This document shows positions 21,848-33,754 of a stretch of DNA of 46,756 nucleotides, piece after piece. The notes under the pieces were generated by a model. That model saw nothing but the letters and a program-made list of their open reading frames with translations. It made no database searches and was not told the DNA's origin. Position 1 is the stretch's first letter. Each line of letters begins with the position of its first letter. Origin of the DNA: Nemertoderma westbladi (taxonomy: Eukaryota; Animalia; Xenacoelomorpha); the NCBI GenBank assembly GCA_032718475.1, contig JAUCBJ010008692.1:1-46756 (forward strand), in the 5' to 3' direction. The position numbers were made by a program, and so were the translations under genes.

Positions 21848-22024
21848 AGTTACCACTTATTAATTTTTTTAGAGTAAATTTTTCTGTTGCAACGATTTAT
21901 TAAATTATATTTATGCCAAATTTAGTTAAGAAATTAAATTTCATTAATAATGCTATGGGCCTGTCATGTAAATAGTTTACAACTTATTAATCTGGTACAA
22001 ATAATATATTTTCTTTAATTACAG

Positions 22025-22881
22025 TGTCTCCCAAACGTCGTCAGTCTGACAGCCAATCCAGTGGTGGAGGCGGAGATATTTACTCGCCCGAGCCGAGGGA
22101 ACACCCGGGGTATCCACTCCAAAGGGCGCCGCCATCGAAACGGCTTCCTTTCATAAAGAAACTACGGGGCACTGGGGAGGAAACCCAGTCGAGTTTCGAG
22201 TCAGCAACGACGGAGGATTCATCGGATTGGCGGTATCCGGAGTCGGACGCGGAGCGATCCGACACAAACTCCTTGAAACTCAAACAAATGAAGAACGACT
22301 CCGGGTACAAATCAATCAGCTTCGAGAGACAATGGGGTCGCGAGAGTCTGGAAGAGAATACCGCGAGTCAACCGTCGGAGCGTACGCTGCTCCGGGCCGC
22401 TTCTACGGAAACTCACGCCGATGAATCGTTCTCTGGACGACGGCGGAATGACCCACGTTCCGCGTCGCGACGACGTCGTGACTTCACTTCTGGAGGTCCC
22501 GCCTTCACTTCGGACTCGTTGGATGAGCCGCCGAGTTGGGAGGAGTACCACCTGAGTCGTCAACGGATGCTCGGGAAACCCAAAGGGATGCTACGCAAAC
22601 TGTTCCTAGGGCAACGGAATGCCCATAGCAACCCGACATATTCGGAGCGGGATTATAGTATTGACTCAGTTTCCGATAAAATATTCAAATCCTATTTGTC
22701 TGCGGATAGCGGTTCATGTAGGAGGATTCATCAGTCCCCCGCCAGGAGGCGCTATTATGAAGCCAGACAAGAAGAGTCTATAGAGGAGGTTGGTAGTGAG
22801 TCAGACGAGAGAGTGGCCTTCGATACGCAGGAATCCATAGAAGATGATTTCGAGAGAATGCAACAGCCGCTACAGCAGTAG
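22025..22881 (+). CDS. CBARP-like: Last coding exon of a CBARP-like gene (calcium channel beta subunit-associated regulatory protein-like)
   Basis: Acceptor TTTTCTTTAATTACAG ends at 22024; GC-rich open frame to TAG; KQMKNDSGYKSI and RDYSIDSVSDKIFKSYL resemble vertebrate CBARP motifs LQMDSGYASI and RDYSIDEKTDALFHEFL as I recall them; followed by an AT-rich UTR with AATAAA at 23094 and 23267. Confidence 0.7.
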
Positions 22882-23439
22882 TGCTGCCATACCCCACTAC
22901 TTCAGCTCAACTGATGTCAGAGATACAATGGCCCCACAGTGTTTGATTTTTGGCAATGATTTTTGAGATAAAATTGGGGATATTCTAGAATATAAATTCC
23001 AGAATATCTCGGAATATGTTCTAGAACATCTTGGCGCAACTATTGCACTGCAATATGTTAAATAGTGTGCAATTCCTTTCTATGAAAACCCAGAATAAAT
23101 TAATCTATTATATTAATTAACATTTATTCATGTAAAGTGCAAATGTTCTATGATATAAAATAATTTATTATTTGTAACAAAAAATATATGTATTTTATTT
23201 AATGTGATTTTGGAATTTTAATGTAAATCCGAATCGGATTCTTGTAAGTTGTGTGGATATCTAAATAATAAACAATATATCATGTTTTTTTATAGACCCA
23301 CATATCCCTCCCCCCCACCCCAGCTCATCATAAAGCTCATTAGTGACCCAGACCCCCCCCCCCCCACAACATCATCAGTCATCATCTAATTTAAATAAAC
23401 AATAATGTTCTCTGTTACTTTATTGAATTTTGCGGTTCA

Positions 23440-23753
23440 CCTGTGGGGCGAGCCACGAAGTGAGTGAGCCTTAGCGTAGTGGTACCATTTATCAACCTGT
23501 CGTTCTGTGGGGCGAGCCACGAAGTGAGTGAGCCTTAGCGTAGTGGTACCATTAATCAACCTGTCGTTCTGTGGGGCGAGCCACGAAGTGAGTGAGCCTT
23601 AGCGTAGTGGTACCATTAATCAACCTGTGGGGCGAGCCACGAAGTGAGTGAGCCTTAGCATAGTGGTACCATTAATCAACCTGTGGGGCGTGCCACGAAG
23701 TGAGTGAGCCTTAGCGTAGTGGTACCATTAATCAACCTGTCGTTCTGTCGTTC
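23440..23753. repeat. Tandem repeat, 56-65-bp unit x5
   Basis: CTGTGGGGCGAGCCACGAAGTGAGTGAGCCTTAGCGTAGTGGTACCATTAATCAAC, with or without CTGTCGTT. Confidence 0.92.
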
Positions 23754-24065
23754 TTGTTCAATTTTAAACGTTAATAACTCGGCCAATCTTTGATGAAATC
23801 TATCCAAACTTGGTACACATGTTGTTTGGCAAAAGTTTAGAAATTTTCCAAGTTGAATTTCCGTGTGGCCTTCGAGAAGCTAAGATAATACAGTAGCAGT
23901 TAATTAGTTAATTAAGTTGATTAAGGTATTTTTTTGCGGTGTTCAATTTTGAACGTTAATAACTCGATCAATCCTCGATGAAATGTAACCAAACTTGGTA
24001 CACAAATAGTCTGTCAAAAGTTTAGAAATTTTCCAAGTTGAATTTGCTTGGGGCCTTCGTGCAGC
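23440..24065 (+). mobile_element. Possible Helentron/DINE-1-like non-autonomous element
   Basis: Hairpin-bearing 5' unit, a CTGTCGTT microsatellite-like stretch, then two ~120-bp copies containing AATAACTCG..GATGAAAT..CCAAACTTGGTACAC (about 23756 and 23941). Confidence 0.4.
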
Positions 24066-24472
24066 ACCAGTGTAACTGTCTTACAGTTATAATAAATTAT
24101 TTATCCAAAATTATAACGCTTGACATCAGCAGGTTGCTAGGAGACTAAATCAGCTGGGTTTCTAGCAAATTACGAAATTACAGTACTGCAGTAATACCAT
24201 TGTGGCCTGTCTGCCTGTACCGGTACTATACTCAATGTCAATCCCTGAATTAGGAATCCTGCAATCAGACAATACAGCAATACTGCAATACCATTCGTAT
24301 TTGTATTCGGTGTTTTACGGTACTGGCTGACTGGTACCGCGGTACCGGTGCAGTGATTATAGATCACGTATACTGGTAGCCTACAGGACAGGCCTAATTC
24401 TGTAGGCCCTAATTAGCCATGCTGCTATGCAGCTATGCACTGCAGTGCGGAATCTGGAGTGCTGGACTGCGG

Positions 24473-24717
24473 TCCTGAATTAGATTAGAGGGTCCGTTGG
24501 CGCCGTACCGCCCTACTACTGTCAGTGTCAGACTGTAGAACCGGACTGGTAGCAACTGCCAACTACAGAACTATATTCCTATAATTCCTGCAGTCCTGAA
24601 TTAGATTAGAGGGTCCGTTGGCGCCGTCCGCCGTACCGCCCTACTACCTGACTACTGTCAGACTGTAGAAGTATAACCAGACTGGTAGCAACTGCTGAAC
24701 TGCCAACTACAGAACTA
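24473..24717. repeat. Direct duplication (~100 and ~125 bp) in a low-complexity region
   Basis: TCCTGAATTAGATTAGAGGGTCCGTTGGCGCCGT...CAACTACAGAACTA at 24473 and 24594; the copies differ by micro-duplications. Confidence 0.85.
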
Positions 24718-25229
24718 CCGGTACGGTACTGAACTACGACAGCACTAGCCTATACCGCATTTCTATGCTCCTGTCAGCGACAAAAGAAAATGAATTTCTT
24801 CGTTTACGGTTTCTGCTCTTGTTAACGGTTAAATATGTTAATTAAAGACTATGTATTGGTACGACCGATGGCGCCGGCAACTGGTATAATCAGATGTAGA
24901 TGTACATACATACATATCAATCTGCCAATACAACAATAGCAATAGGCTTACCCCTGCCAACCCCAACCATCCATCGACTCGGCAACTGCAACAATGGAAG
25001 TTATGCGGACTAACCAGCTGACTGGCATTCTAAGTTCAGGTACCCACTACCAGAGTCTACCCAGCTGCCCAGAAAAGTGTTGGAATTGAAATCAAACAAC
25101 TCACCACCAAGGCCGCCTCTGTCTGTTGACCTCGACTTTCGGTATCGCTGCCGCTATGGGCAAACTGGACTAACCGTAACCGAGGATGAAATCCGGTTTT
25201 TTAATCTCACTCTGCCATCAACCAGTGCC

Positions 25230-26996
25230 TATTATGTAGGTGCGTTGTCCACCCCCCAGGATGAACTAGGAGAACATAGTATAAGGTCAGTAAAAATGGT
25301 GGCGATAAAGAACTTCGCTACCACCCAAGTGGAACCTTATAACTGGGATGAGGACGATTTCACCCAGCAACTGGAAATACCTAGATTCAACACCGATTAC
25401 CCTGGAGTGCAAATACTCATCGGTCAAAACGCGCATGAAGCGCTCGAGACATTGGAGAAACGGCCCGCTCAACCGCAACCATTACAACCTTATGTGGGAA
25501 GAACTAGAGTGGGTTGGTACTTTACTGGCCCTTCCCGTAGAACTCTCATGGAAAGATTACCGAAAGATCAGGTATATCAAGTGCGAGAATGGGAAGTTGA
25601 GAACAGTGAGTTAGACGATCCAGCTGAGGGAACTCCATACTCCTCAGACAACGACGATATACACCAACTCTTCGATGAGGAGAATACAATCGATCTCCTT
25701 CAGGAAAACGAGACTTGGCAAAACCAAGTGAACTTATGTCAACTCCTTCTTCCATCAGAACGAGACGACTATAACGACGAGCTTAACGACGTCGTTGAAC
25801 GTTATAATGCCAAGACTCGGGATGAACATGCCGTACGATTCTTTACTCAAGAGGCTGTAGAGCCCAACTCCTACGATAAGGCCCTATCGGTAGAGGAAGA
25901 AAGAGCCAAGCAGATCCAAGCGACAACTACACGTTTTCTTAAAGATCAAGGTAGATATGAGATCGGTCTACCTTTCCGAAAGCGAGAACCAAAGTTCGTA
26001 AACAACAGACCCTTGGCGGAGAAAAGAATTGCTCAACTACATCGACGCCTTACGGCAAATTCTTCAGCTAAAGAAATGTATCAAACGCAGTTGAAGAAGT
26101 TTATTAGCAAGGGATATGCGGAGCTAGTACCGGAAGAAACACCTATAACTGAGAGAACGTATTATTTAACTCACCATTACGTTCCCAAACCCGGTAAACC
26201 CCATGAAGTACGAGTGGTGTTTGACGGCTCCGCCCTCTATATGGGCCAATCCCTTAATTCCGAATTGTTACCCGGACCCAACTTACTCCAATCATTGTTG
26301 GGAATACTTTTAAGATTAAGACAATATTCCATTGCTTTCGCCTCAGATATAGAAGGCATGTTCTTACAAGTCAAAGCGCTGGATAGGGATCGAGATAGCC
26401 TACGATTTCTGTGGTGGCCTGAAGGAGACCTCAACCAGAAACCGGTGGAGTACTGGATGACCATCCAAGCTTTTGGGATAATCTCGAGCCCTTCAAACGC
26501 CTGTTCCGTGGTGCGCACCACCGCGGATGACAACCGAGACGCCTTCTCTAAAGAGGTGATCGACAATATCAAACGAGACATCTACATGGACGATAATCTA
26601 AAGTCCCTTCCATCAGTCGAAGAAGCCATTGAGGTCGCTAAAGGAACGGTAGAGTGCTTAAAAAGAGGTGGATTTCGATTAACTAAATTCACCAGCAACT
26701 CCCGTGAGTTTCTGGAGTCGATCCCGGTAGAAGATCGAGGAGCAAAAGACCTTGATCTAATAAAGGATGATCTCCCAGAAACTAAGACTCTTGGTTTGAA
26801 ATGGGACACCGAAAGAGATATCCTGTTTTTCCAACTAAAACAGCGAGATAATCCAGTTCGGACTAAACGGATTTGTTTAAGTATCCTGAGCACTTATATC
26901 GATCCATTGGGATTTATTAGCCCAGTTATATTGATTGCTCGGAGTTTAGTACAACAAATGTGGCTTGAAAACCACTCATGGGACGATCCACTTAAG
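25230..26996 (+). pseudogene. pol: Internal pol fragment (end of protease plus RT) of a sister subfamily of element 1
   Basis: Protein closely matches element 1 Pol from YYVGALSTPQ to WDDPLK (10605-12371, opposite strand); YMDD intact; no LTRs; lies within ORF 25077-27071. Confidence 0.92.
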
Positions 26997-28324
26997 TTCC
27001 ACGAGTTATTAACTCGTCAAACACTATTATTTCCAGTTCTATTCCTCGTAGAATGTTATTTTTTGGATTAAAATGTAGTTTGGAATGATTTCTAACTATA
27101 ATCGTAACATTTGTTTAACTTTTTATGTCTATAAAGTGACTTAAAATGTCCATGAATATGGTCCAAGATCTCAAATCCAGATTTATTAAATTAGATTTTT
27201 TACACTTTTAGTGACTGACACTTGATCATACACCATCGTAGATCGGTAGAGGATAAACATAAGTTTGTTAAATAAGAACCACCATTACGATCTGCTGAAG
27301 TGCACTTGTACAAATAAGTGTGCAAAAGTGCAAATTTTTTAATAAGGTCAAATTATATAGCATTGGGTTCTTTTCTTTGCAGATACTTTATTTTCATATT
27401 AATATGTTGTTTGGCTCATACTGAGCGCATTAGGGATATGCGTACAAATAAGCGGCCCTTATTAAGGCTTCGATTGGGTTAATAAATAAAACATAAGGTT
27501 GTAATATTCTAAAAAACCAGTGTGATATTAAATGCACTTTAAACAATAAATAGAGATCAAATAACAAATTGACTACACAATTAAAAACTCGCACAATTTT
27601 GTACTTATTATATCGCTTCAAATTAATTTAACAGTGGATATTTGGGGGAAGGGGGAAGTTACAGTGTGCATTCGGGGGAAGTTTGGTGAACTGCATTATT
27701 ATGCAGTGAATCCAAACTTCCCCCTTTTAGATATCGTATACTTAAGACATGCTAGGGTGACGGGGAAATATTTGTTACTGTCACACTTTGCTTCCATTTA
27801 TCCTATCCTTTATTATTACCCCAGTCAGATAAGAGATAATAACCAGTAAAAACCAAACTAAACTGTCTTTCATGCAAACAAATTTCTAATTAAAGACGGG
27901 TGAATGACCATGACCATGGAAATAATTTTAAATATAATCGTATATCCACTCTTTGGGGAGGCTTCCAAACCCGAAAACAATTATTTCGTTACATATAATA
28001 TAGTAAATAACGTTGTATGTTCTTCTTCCTCTCATAATAAAATATATATGAAATATCTCTGATCGCTGTGCCCTGAACATTTCACAACCAAAATGTTTCA
28101 GTGTGAAAAGTGTAGGCCTACCACACCCCGCCCAAACAGCCGCAAACGCATAGCCAACAAATTTATCAAAAGTTTACATACATGTTGTGTTCATGACGAG
28201 ATGAGTGAAAATTGATCGCGTAATATAAACAAAAAACCGAGAGTCGGGCCTGGCTCTTCTCCACTTTCTTACCCAATGGAAATGTTGTTGTTATAATCTA
28301 ATATTGGGGCGGCTTTCTCTCGGT

Positions 28325-29544
28325 CGTGTGCTGCAGTTTTAACTAGTTGTATGGGGAATAGGTCATTAGTAGAGCAGTTGTTGTCTAGGTCTATTAGGTA
28401 ATATATTATTTCAGTTTGCGTTGTATCTGATAGGTAGAATGAGATTGACTTACGGTGGTTTATGAATCTAGTTGGGTTACGGTTACTTCTCGGAATTGTC
28501 TCTGCTAGTTCTGGACCTATATTAGCGAAGTGTTGGTTAAGTACATTGGCAATTTCTTTTGGGAGAGTTTTATTTATGGTTCCTACTGTTGTTGGTATGC
28601 TAATTTTTTTTGGAGTATTCAAGTTATTTGACTTATTTAGTGCTTTGTTTATTGTTTGCCATGTTTTTTTTGTATTTGTTTTGTGTTTCTCGAATTCTGA
28701 GTGGTAGTAGTTTTTTTCAGCCTTTCTAAGAGTTGTTGTTAGTTTATTGCGGTATTGTTTATAAAACTGTTCTTTTTCGCATGTAGGGTTAGTAATTAGA
28801 TTTGCATATAGGTCATTTTTCTTGATTGTTGATTGTACTAACGCGGGAGTCATCCAAGGTTTATTAGGAATTTCTTTTTTTTCTAGGATCTTTCTTGGCA
28901 AGTGTTTTTTGGTTATATTTTGAAAATCAGAGTAAAATATTTCGAATTGTTTTTCTATGGGTACTGTTGTTTTGTTATATGTCCAGTTATTAATATCTTT
29001 TATGTCTGAAATAAATTTATTTTTGTTATATTTGGAGTAATCATATACATATTTCATTTCTTGTTGCGTAAAGTGGCAGGAATAATTTTGTATGATTGCA
29101 AAAGTGGCTAAGTGATCAGTTGATCCTTGTTGGCTTTGGAAAACTCCAGATGATAATGTTTTATTGTTAATATTAGTTGATATATGGTCTATTAAAGTTC
29201 GGGAGTATGGTGTAATTCTAGTTGCTTTGTCTATTATTTGTTCAAATCCATTTGATTCTATAGTTTGTATATGTTATTGGCGTGGTTAGAGCGTTTCAAT
29301 AAATCTATATTCATGTCGCCGGTTATTATTATGTCAGTTGTATTTTGATTGATCGAAGCTAAAACCGAATTGAAATTATCTATAAAATCGTTAGTATTGC
29401 ACGAGTCTGGGTGGTAAATAGTTCCAATTAATATTTGTCTTTTGGAGTGATTATTATTTGAAGATCTGTTTATAGTAACCCAAGTAGATTCACAGTTCGG
29501 TAGAGTTATATCAGTCCGTTCAGTAAAATCAATTCCGTTCTTAA
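28325..29544 (-). mobile_element. CR1/L2-type LINE ORF2 fragment (endonuclease and pre-RT linker)
   Basis: Translation gives KNGIDF..CESTWV..IGTIYHP..ITGDMNIDLL, IDHI and TDHL, then KPWMT, YKQYRNKL, KTWQTIN, IANVLNQHFANIG; frameshifted; left boundary approximate. Confidence 0.85.
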
Positions 29545-29921
29545 CCCTTTGCCGCCCATGGCCTAACAGTTAGGTCACAGTTTACTGCTCCATGGCCTAA
29601 CTGTTAGGTCATTAAAATACATTGATGTTTCTAAGCGTTCTTAAATATCAGAGCCATACAGGAGTCATTCTATATCCAGCCAGAGCAGTTTAATAACATA
29701 TGGCCGAAATCTGGATTGTCTCTGGCGGGAAATTCAAAACATAATTTGTTCTTTACAGTATTGTCATACCGGTATTGTAAAGAATAGCTTATGTAAGTTC
29801 TAAACTACCGTTTTGCTATAGGCCTACGTAATATTCCTTTCGCTGGTTTAGTGTATTTTAAACTGTAGCCCTGGCTTCCTCAAGTAACCCTTACCCGAGT
29901 CGAACTAGAAAACCACCACAT

Positions 29922-30203
29922 GTGTATGGGTTTGATGTTAGTGATGATGACACTGCCAATAGTGATTCTGCTGAAGAGGATGTATCTGAAGATGACGAAT
30001 CTACTTGTTCGGAATCGGATGATTCGGATTCTGACACCACCACACCGCCTGTAGTTATAAGTGTAAGTGACTGGGATACCTGGCGGTTTGTCAATTATGC
30101 TAATGACAAAGGGCAACCAGATAGAGATTTCAATGAAACCCGGACTGGCTGGCAAGGCGGCTTGTCTACAACCGAATTTACAGTTGGAGATTATGTAGAC
30201 CAA
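29922..30203 (+). pseudogene. piggyBac transposase, acidic N-terminal part
   Basis: Asp/Glu/Ser-rich; removing the Gypsy and one TSD restores the frame DYVDQ-FITDGVINILVECTNQR. Confidence 0.8.
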
Positions 30204-30439
30204 TGTGATAAGTTCTTCTTGCCCTCCCCCGGGTTATATCTGCACCGACCACAATTGATGCTAAACTCCAATATGATATGATAAGAATAACAAACATACA
30301 TATATTAATTAAGCAACAATAATTTCATTAATCACAGACTTATGTCACCATTGTAAATACCGATAGGCTACCAACTAATTAGCATTAGGCCTACATAAAT
30401 AATTATTGCAGTAATCTGGTATACACTATTCCCCTTACA
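30204..30439 (-). repeat. Gypsy 3' LTR
   Basis: TG...CA; two substitutions relative to 36080-36315. Confidence 0.95.
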
Positions 30440-30630
30440 TCCTCCCTCACAGGCAAAAGATCGGCTCGATCTTTACATTTACAAATAAAATTTACTTTCA
30501 GTTTAAAATTACACAACTGATTAAACAACTGATAACAATGGTAATATGAATCAATCATAAAACTATACTCTTTCATCTAACAAAATTTCTTAACTTTAAA
30601 TTAATAAACTTTCATTTTATACCATAAACA

Positions 30631-30802
30631 AATAATCAACTTACTACATACTGTATAATGTAATGTCAACAATAATCAACTTACTACATACTGTATAATG
30701 TAATGTAAACAATAATCAACTTACAACATACTGTATACTGTAATGTAAACAATAATCAACTTACAACATACTGTATACTGTAATGTAAACAATAATCAAC
30801 TT
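30631..30802. repeat. 40-bp tandem repeat x4.3 in the Gypsy 3' UTR
   Basis: AATAATCAACTTACWACATACTGTATAMTGTAATGTAAAC units at 30631, 30671, 30711, 30751 and a partial unit at 30791. Confidence 0.92.
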
Positions 30803-30815
30803 GTTTCCTTTATTT

Positions 30816-32075
30816 TTATTTACAATCACTACAGTACCATGTTTCTTCCGCAGGTTCATCAATAATACCGACACAATGAAAATGGAACCAATCAAAACAA
30901 CGGTCACAACTTATCATTGATGGACCTTCTATTAACCATGGAATGCCACAAATCGGGCAAGGGTAAATTTCTGATTCATCTACACCGTGATCGGTTATGG
31001 GTTTATGAGTACGATCAATGTCACGGCCTAAAATTGGTTTAAAACTGCGACCACTCACAGGAATATTGGTAGGCAATGACGGTAAGTACGGTCCTACTCT
31101 AAGACGCACATCATCCCTACTAATAACTCTAGTTTTATTATCACATAAACCATTTATATGCGTAATAGTAACATTTTTATTATCAATGTGAGTAACACGA
31201 AAAGGACCCACATTTTTGGCCCAAACAATATCACCCTCTTCAGGTAAAATAAAATTATCTGCTGGGCGCCTGGCCTCAAAACCATGCAAACAATAAAAAG
31301 GTGTTTGCCCAGTAGACGAATGAACAGTTAAATTGTATGCAAATTGCGCAATGGGTAATACTACATCCCAATCCCTTGATTTATGGTCAGTTAGAGAACG
31401 CAAAAGTCTAGTCATAGTTTGTATCGTCCGCTCAGCCAGCCCATCTGACTGTGGATGGTAAGGTACCGTAAAAACCTTCCTTGTTAAACAACGTTGCGCA
31501 ATTTCCTCAACCAGCTTTGATCTGAAATTCGGACCCTGGTCGGATAATAATATTTCACGCGCACCATACCGTAGCACAATCCGGTGCATAAACGCATCCG
31601 CTGTCGACTTAGCGCTGCCATCACACAAAGGAACAAACTCTGCATACTTTGTTAGATAGTCTATAAAGATAGCAATGTAGGTATTACAATTATCGGTGGG
31701 TACAAAAGCCCCCATTAAGTCGACCCCAACCCTTTCAAAGGGTCTCTCCACTTCTATTGATTCCAATTCATGTCTTGTTCGTAGGTTACGAGTAGTAGCA
31801 CACTTGGAACAAGACTTATAATAGTTATTCACCTCACTATACATACCAGGCCAGTAATAAAATTTCAGTAGCGATTCATACACTTTAGAAGTTGCAAAAT
31901 GACCAGACGAGTTATCACCATGGTATGCATGTAAAATATCACCTCGTAAGGATTCTGGAACTACAGTTAACAGTCGAATTTTATGACTATCTTTAGACTT
32001 AAATCTATAATAAAGAACTCCGTTACTAAGTTCATAATTAGTTGCCTCCAAAACAATTCTTCTAGCTGCTTTCAA
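30816..32075 (-). CDS. pol: Gypsy integrase with C-terminal PHD finger
   Basis: HHCC, GVDLMG/SDQGPNF/GLAERT, GPF, then C4-H-C3: CPIC..MISCDRCFDWFHFHCVGI..WYCSDC. Confidence 0.92.
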   Translation of the reverse strand: MKAARRIVLEATNYELSNGVLYYRFKSKDSHKIRLLTVVPESLRGDILHAYHGDNSSGHFATSKVYESLLKFYYWPGMYSEVNNYYKSCSKCATTRNLRTRHELESIEVERPFERVGVDLMGAFVPTDNCNTYIAIFIDYLTKYAEFVPLCDGSAKSTADAFMHRIVLRYGAREILLSDQGPNFRSKLVEEIAQRCLTRKVFTVPYHPQSDGLAERTIQTMTRLLRSLTDHKSRDWDVVLPIAQFAYNLTVHSSTGQTPFYCLHGFEARRPADNFILPEEGDIVWAKNVGPFRVTHIDNKNVTITHINGLCDNKTRVISRDDVRLRVGPYLPSLPTNIPVSGRSFKPILGRDIDRTHKPITDHGVDESEIYPCPICGIPWLIEGPSMISCDRCFDWFHFHCVGIIDEPAEETWYCSDCK

Positions 32076-32155
32076 TTTTATTGGTAAAGTACCATCTTCT
32101 AAATAATCGATTATACACTTGAGTTTATTATCATTTCGTTGTTTTACAGATATAT

Positions 32156-32830
32156 CTACTTTGAATGAATGAACATCAATTCATCTTCAATAACAATCTC
32201 TGATACCTCAACTGAAGACACAACTTTATCCAATGAACAGTTACCATTTTCCTTCTCCGAACAACACAAAGGGACTAGTCGACTCAATGCATCTGCATCT
32301 CTATTTTTTATTCCAGGTCTATATCGAATTTCACAGTTGAATTGACTCAACCAAAGTGCCCATCGAGCTAAACGACCCTCCAACTGTTTGGCAGTTAATA
32401 AACTGGTAAGTGCAGAATGATCGGTATAAACTGTAAACTTTCTCCCATATAGGTAAGGTCGAAAATGTTTAATTGCCCACACAACTCCAAGACATTCAAG
32501 ATCACTTATAGAATAATTATGTTCACTCCCTTGTAGAGTACGAGAAGCATAAGCCACAGGTTGTACACGACTACTATCATTAACTTGAGCTAACACAGCT
32601 CCCAACCCACTCCGAGAAGCATCAGTATGTAACAGAAAGTCGGCATTAAAATCCGCATGTGCAAGGCATGGTGGATTTGATAAAGCTTGTTTAATATCTT
32701 CCATCGCAGCTTGTTGCTCCTCTCCCCAAGTAAACCGTATGTTATCCTTCATCAACGATGTCAGTGCTTTCATTCTGTTTGCACAATGTGGTATATAGAT
32801 TCTATAATAGGATGCCAAGCCAGTAAACAT
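32156..32830 (-). pseudogene. pol: Gypsy RT thumb and RNase H segment
   Basis: HTDASRSGLGAVL, ECLGVVWAI, YTDHSAL, DADALSR; separated from RT by an in-frame TAG and from integrase by a frameshift. Confidence 0.9.
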
Positions 32831-32836
32831 CCTAAT

Positions 32837-33754
32837 CTACTTCTTACTTGTTAAAGGTTTAATATTCAACAGCTGACTAACTTTCTCTGGATCTGGGTAT
32901 CGTCCAGTTACATCAATAACATGACCCAAATATACTATACTCGGCATTGAAAATTTACATTTTGAAATCTTCAACTTAATTCCAACTTTACCCAAAGCCT
33001 CCAAGATTATATCTAATCTCTGTATGTGCTCCAATGCACTAAATGCGAACACCAATATATCATCCAGGTAAACTAAACATATGATATATTGCAAACCAGA
33101 AAGAGTCATATCCATCATTCTTTGAAATGTAGGTGGTGCATTACATAGCCCATATGGCATGCGTTTAAACTGATACAATCCCAAATGTGTACCAAATGCA
33201 GTTTTACAACGATCCTCCGACGCAATCTCAACAGTCCAATAAGCTGAATATGTATCTAATAAAGAACAATATAAACGTTTTGTGTCTGTAGGTTGTGGAC
33301 CAATACAGTCAATTAATTCTTGAATCGATGGCAAAGGATATGCATCTTTATGCGTCACTGCATTTAGTGGTCGAAAATCAATGCAGAACCTCAGCTCACC
33401 CCCTTTTTTCAAGGCAAAGACTGGACGAAATTGCCAAGGACTCTCTGAATGCTCTATGACATCCTTCTCTAGCATAGATTTTACATGTTCTTCAACTACA
33501 GGCCACTGCGACCTTGGAACCCTATGTCCCCGAACCTTGATTGGACTAGCATCTCCCGTATTTATGTGATGTTGCACCCCTTTCACCAATCCCAAATCTA
33601 ACTCATGTTGAGCAAAAACATCGCGGTGTTTATAAAGAACATCAGTTAATTTATCTTTCATTGACTCATCACTGTACTCATCCTCCTCAATATGTAATCG
33701 AGATATAAACTCACCTCTAGACCAGGTTTTACGAGACTTCTCTCCCACTGGCAT
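32837..33754 (-). pseudogene. pol: Gypsy reverse transcriptase segment
   Basis: RFCIDFRPLN, MPYGLCNAPPTFQR, VYLDDILVF, YLGH. Confidence 0.92.

Noticed and set aside
28050-28200. LCPEHF as a THAP domain remnant
   Set aside because: Short, preceded by a stop, with no CxxC or transposase context visible.
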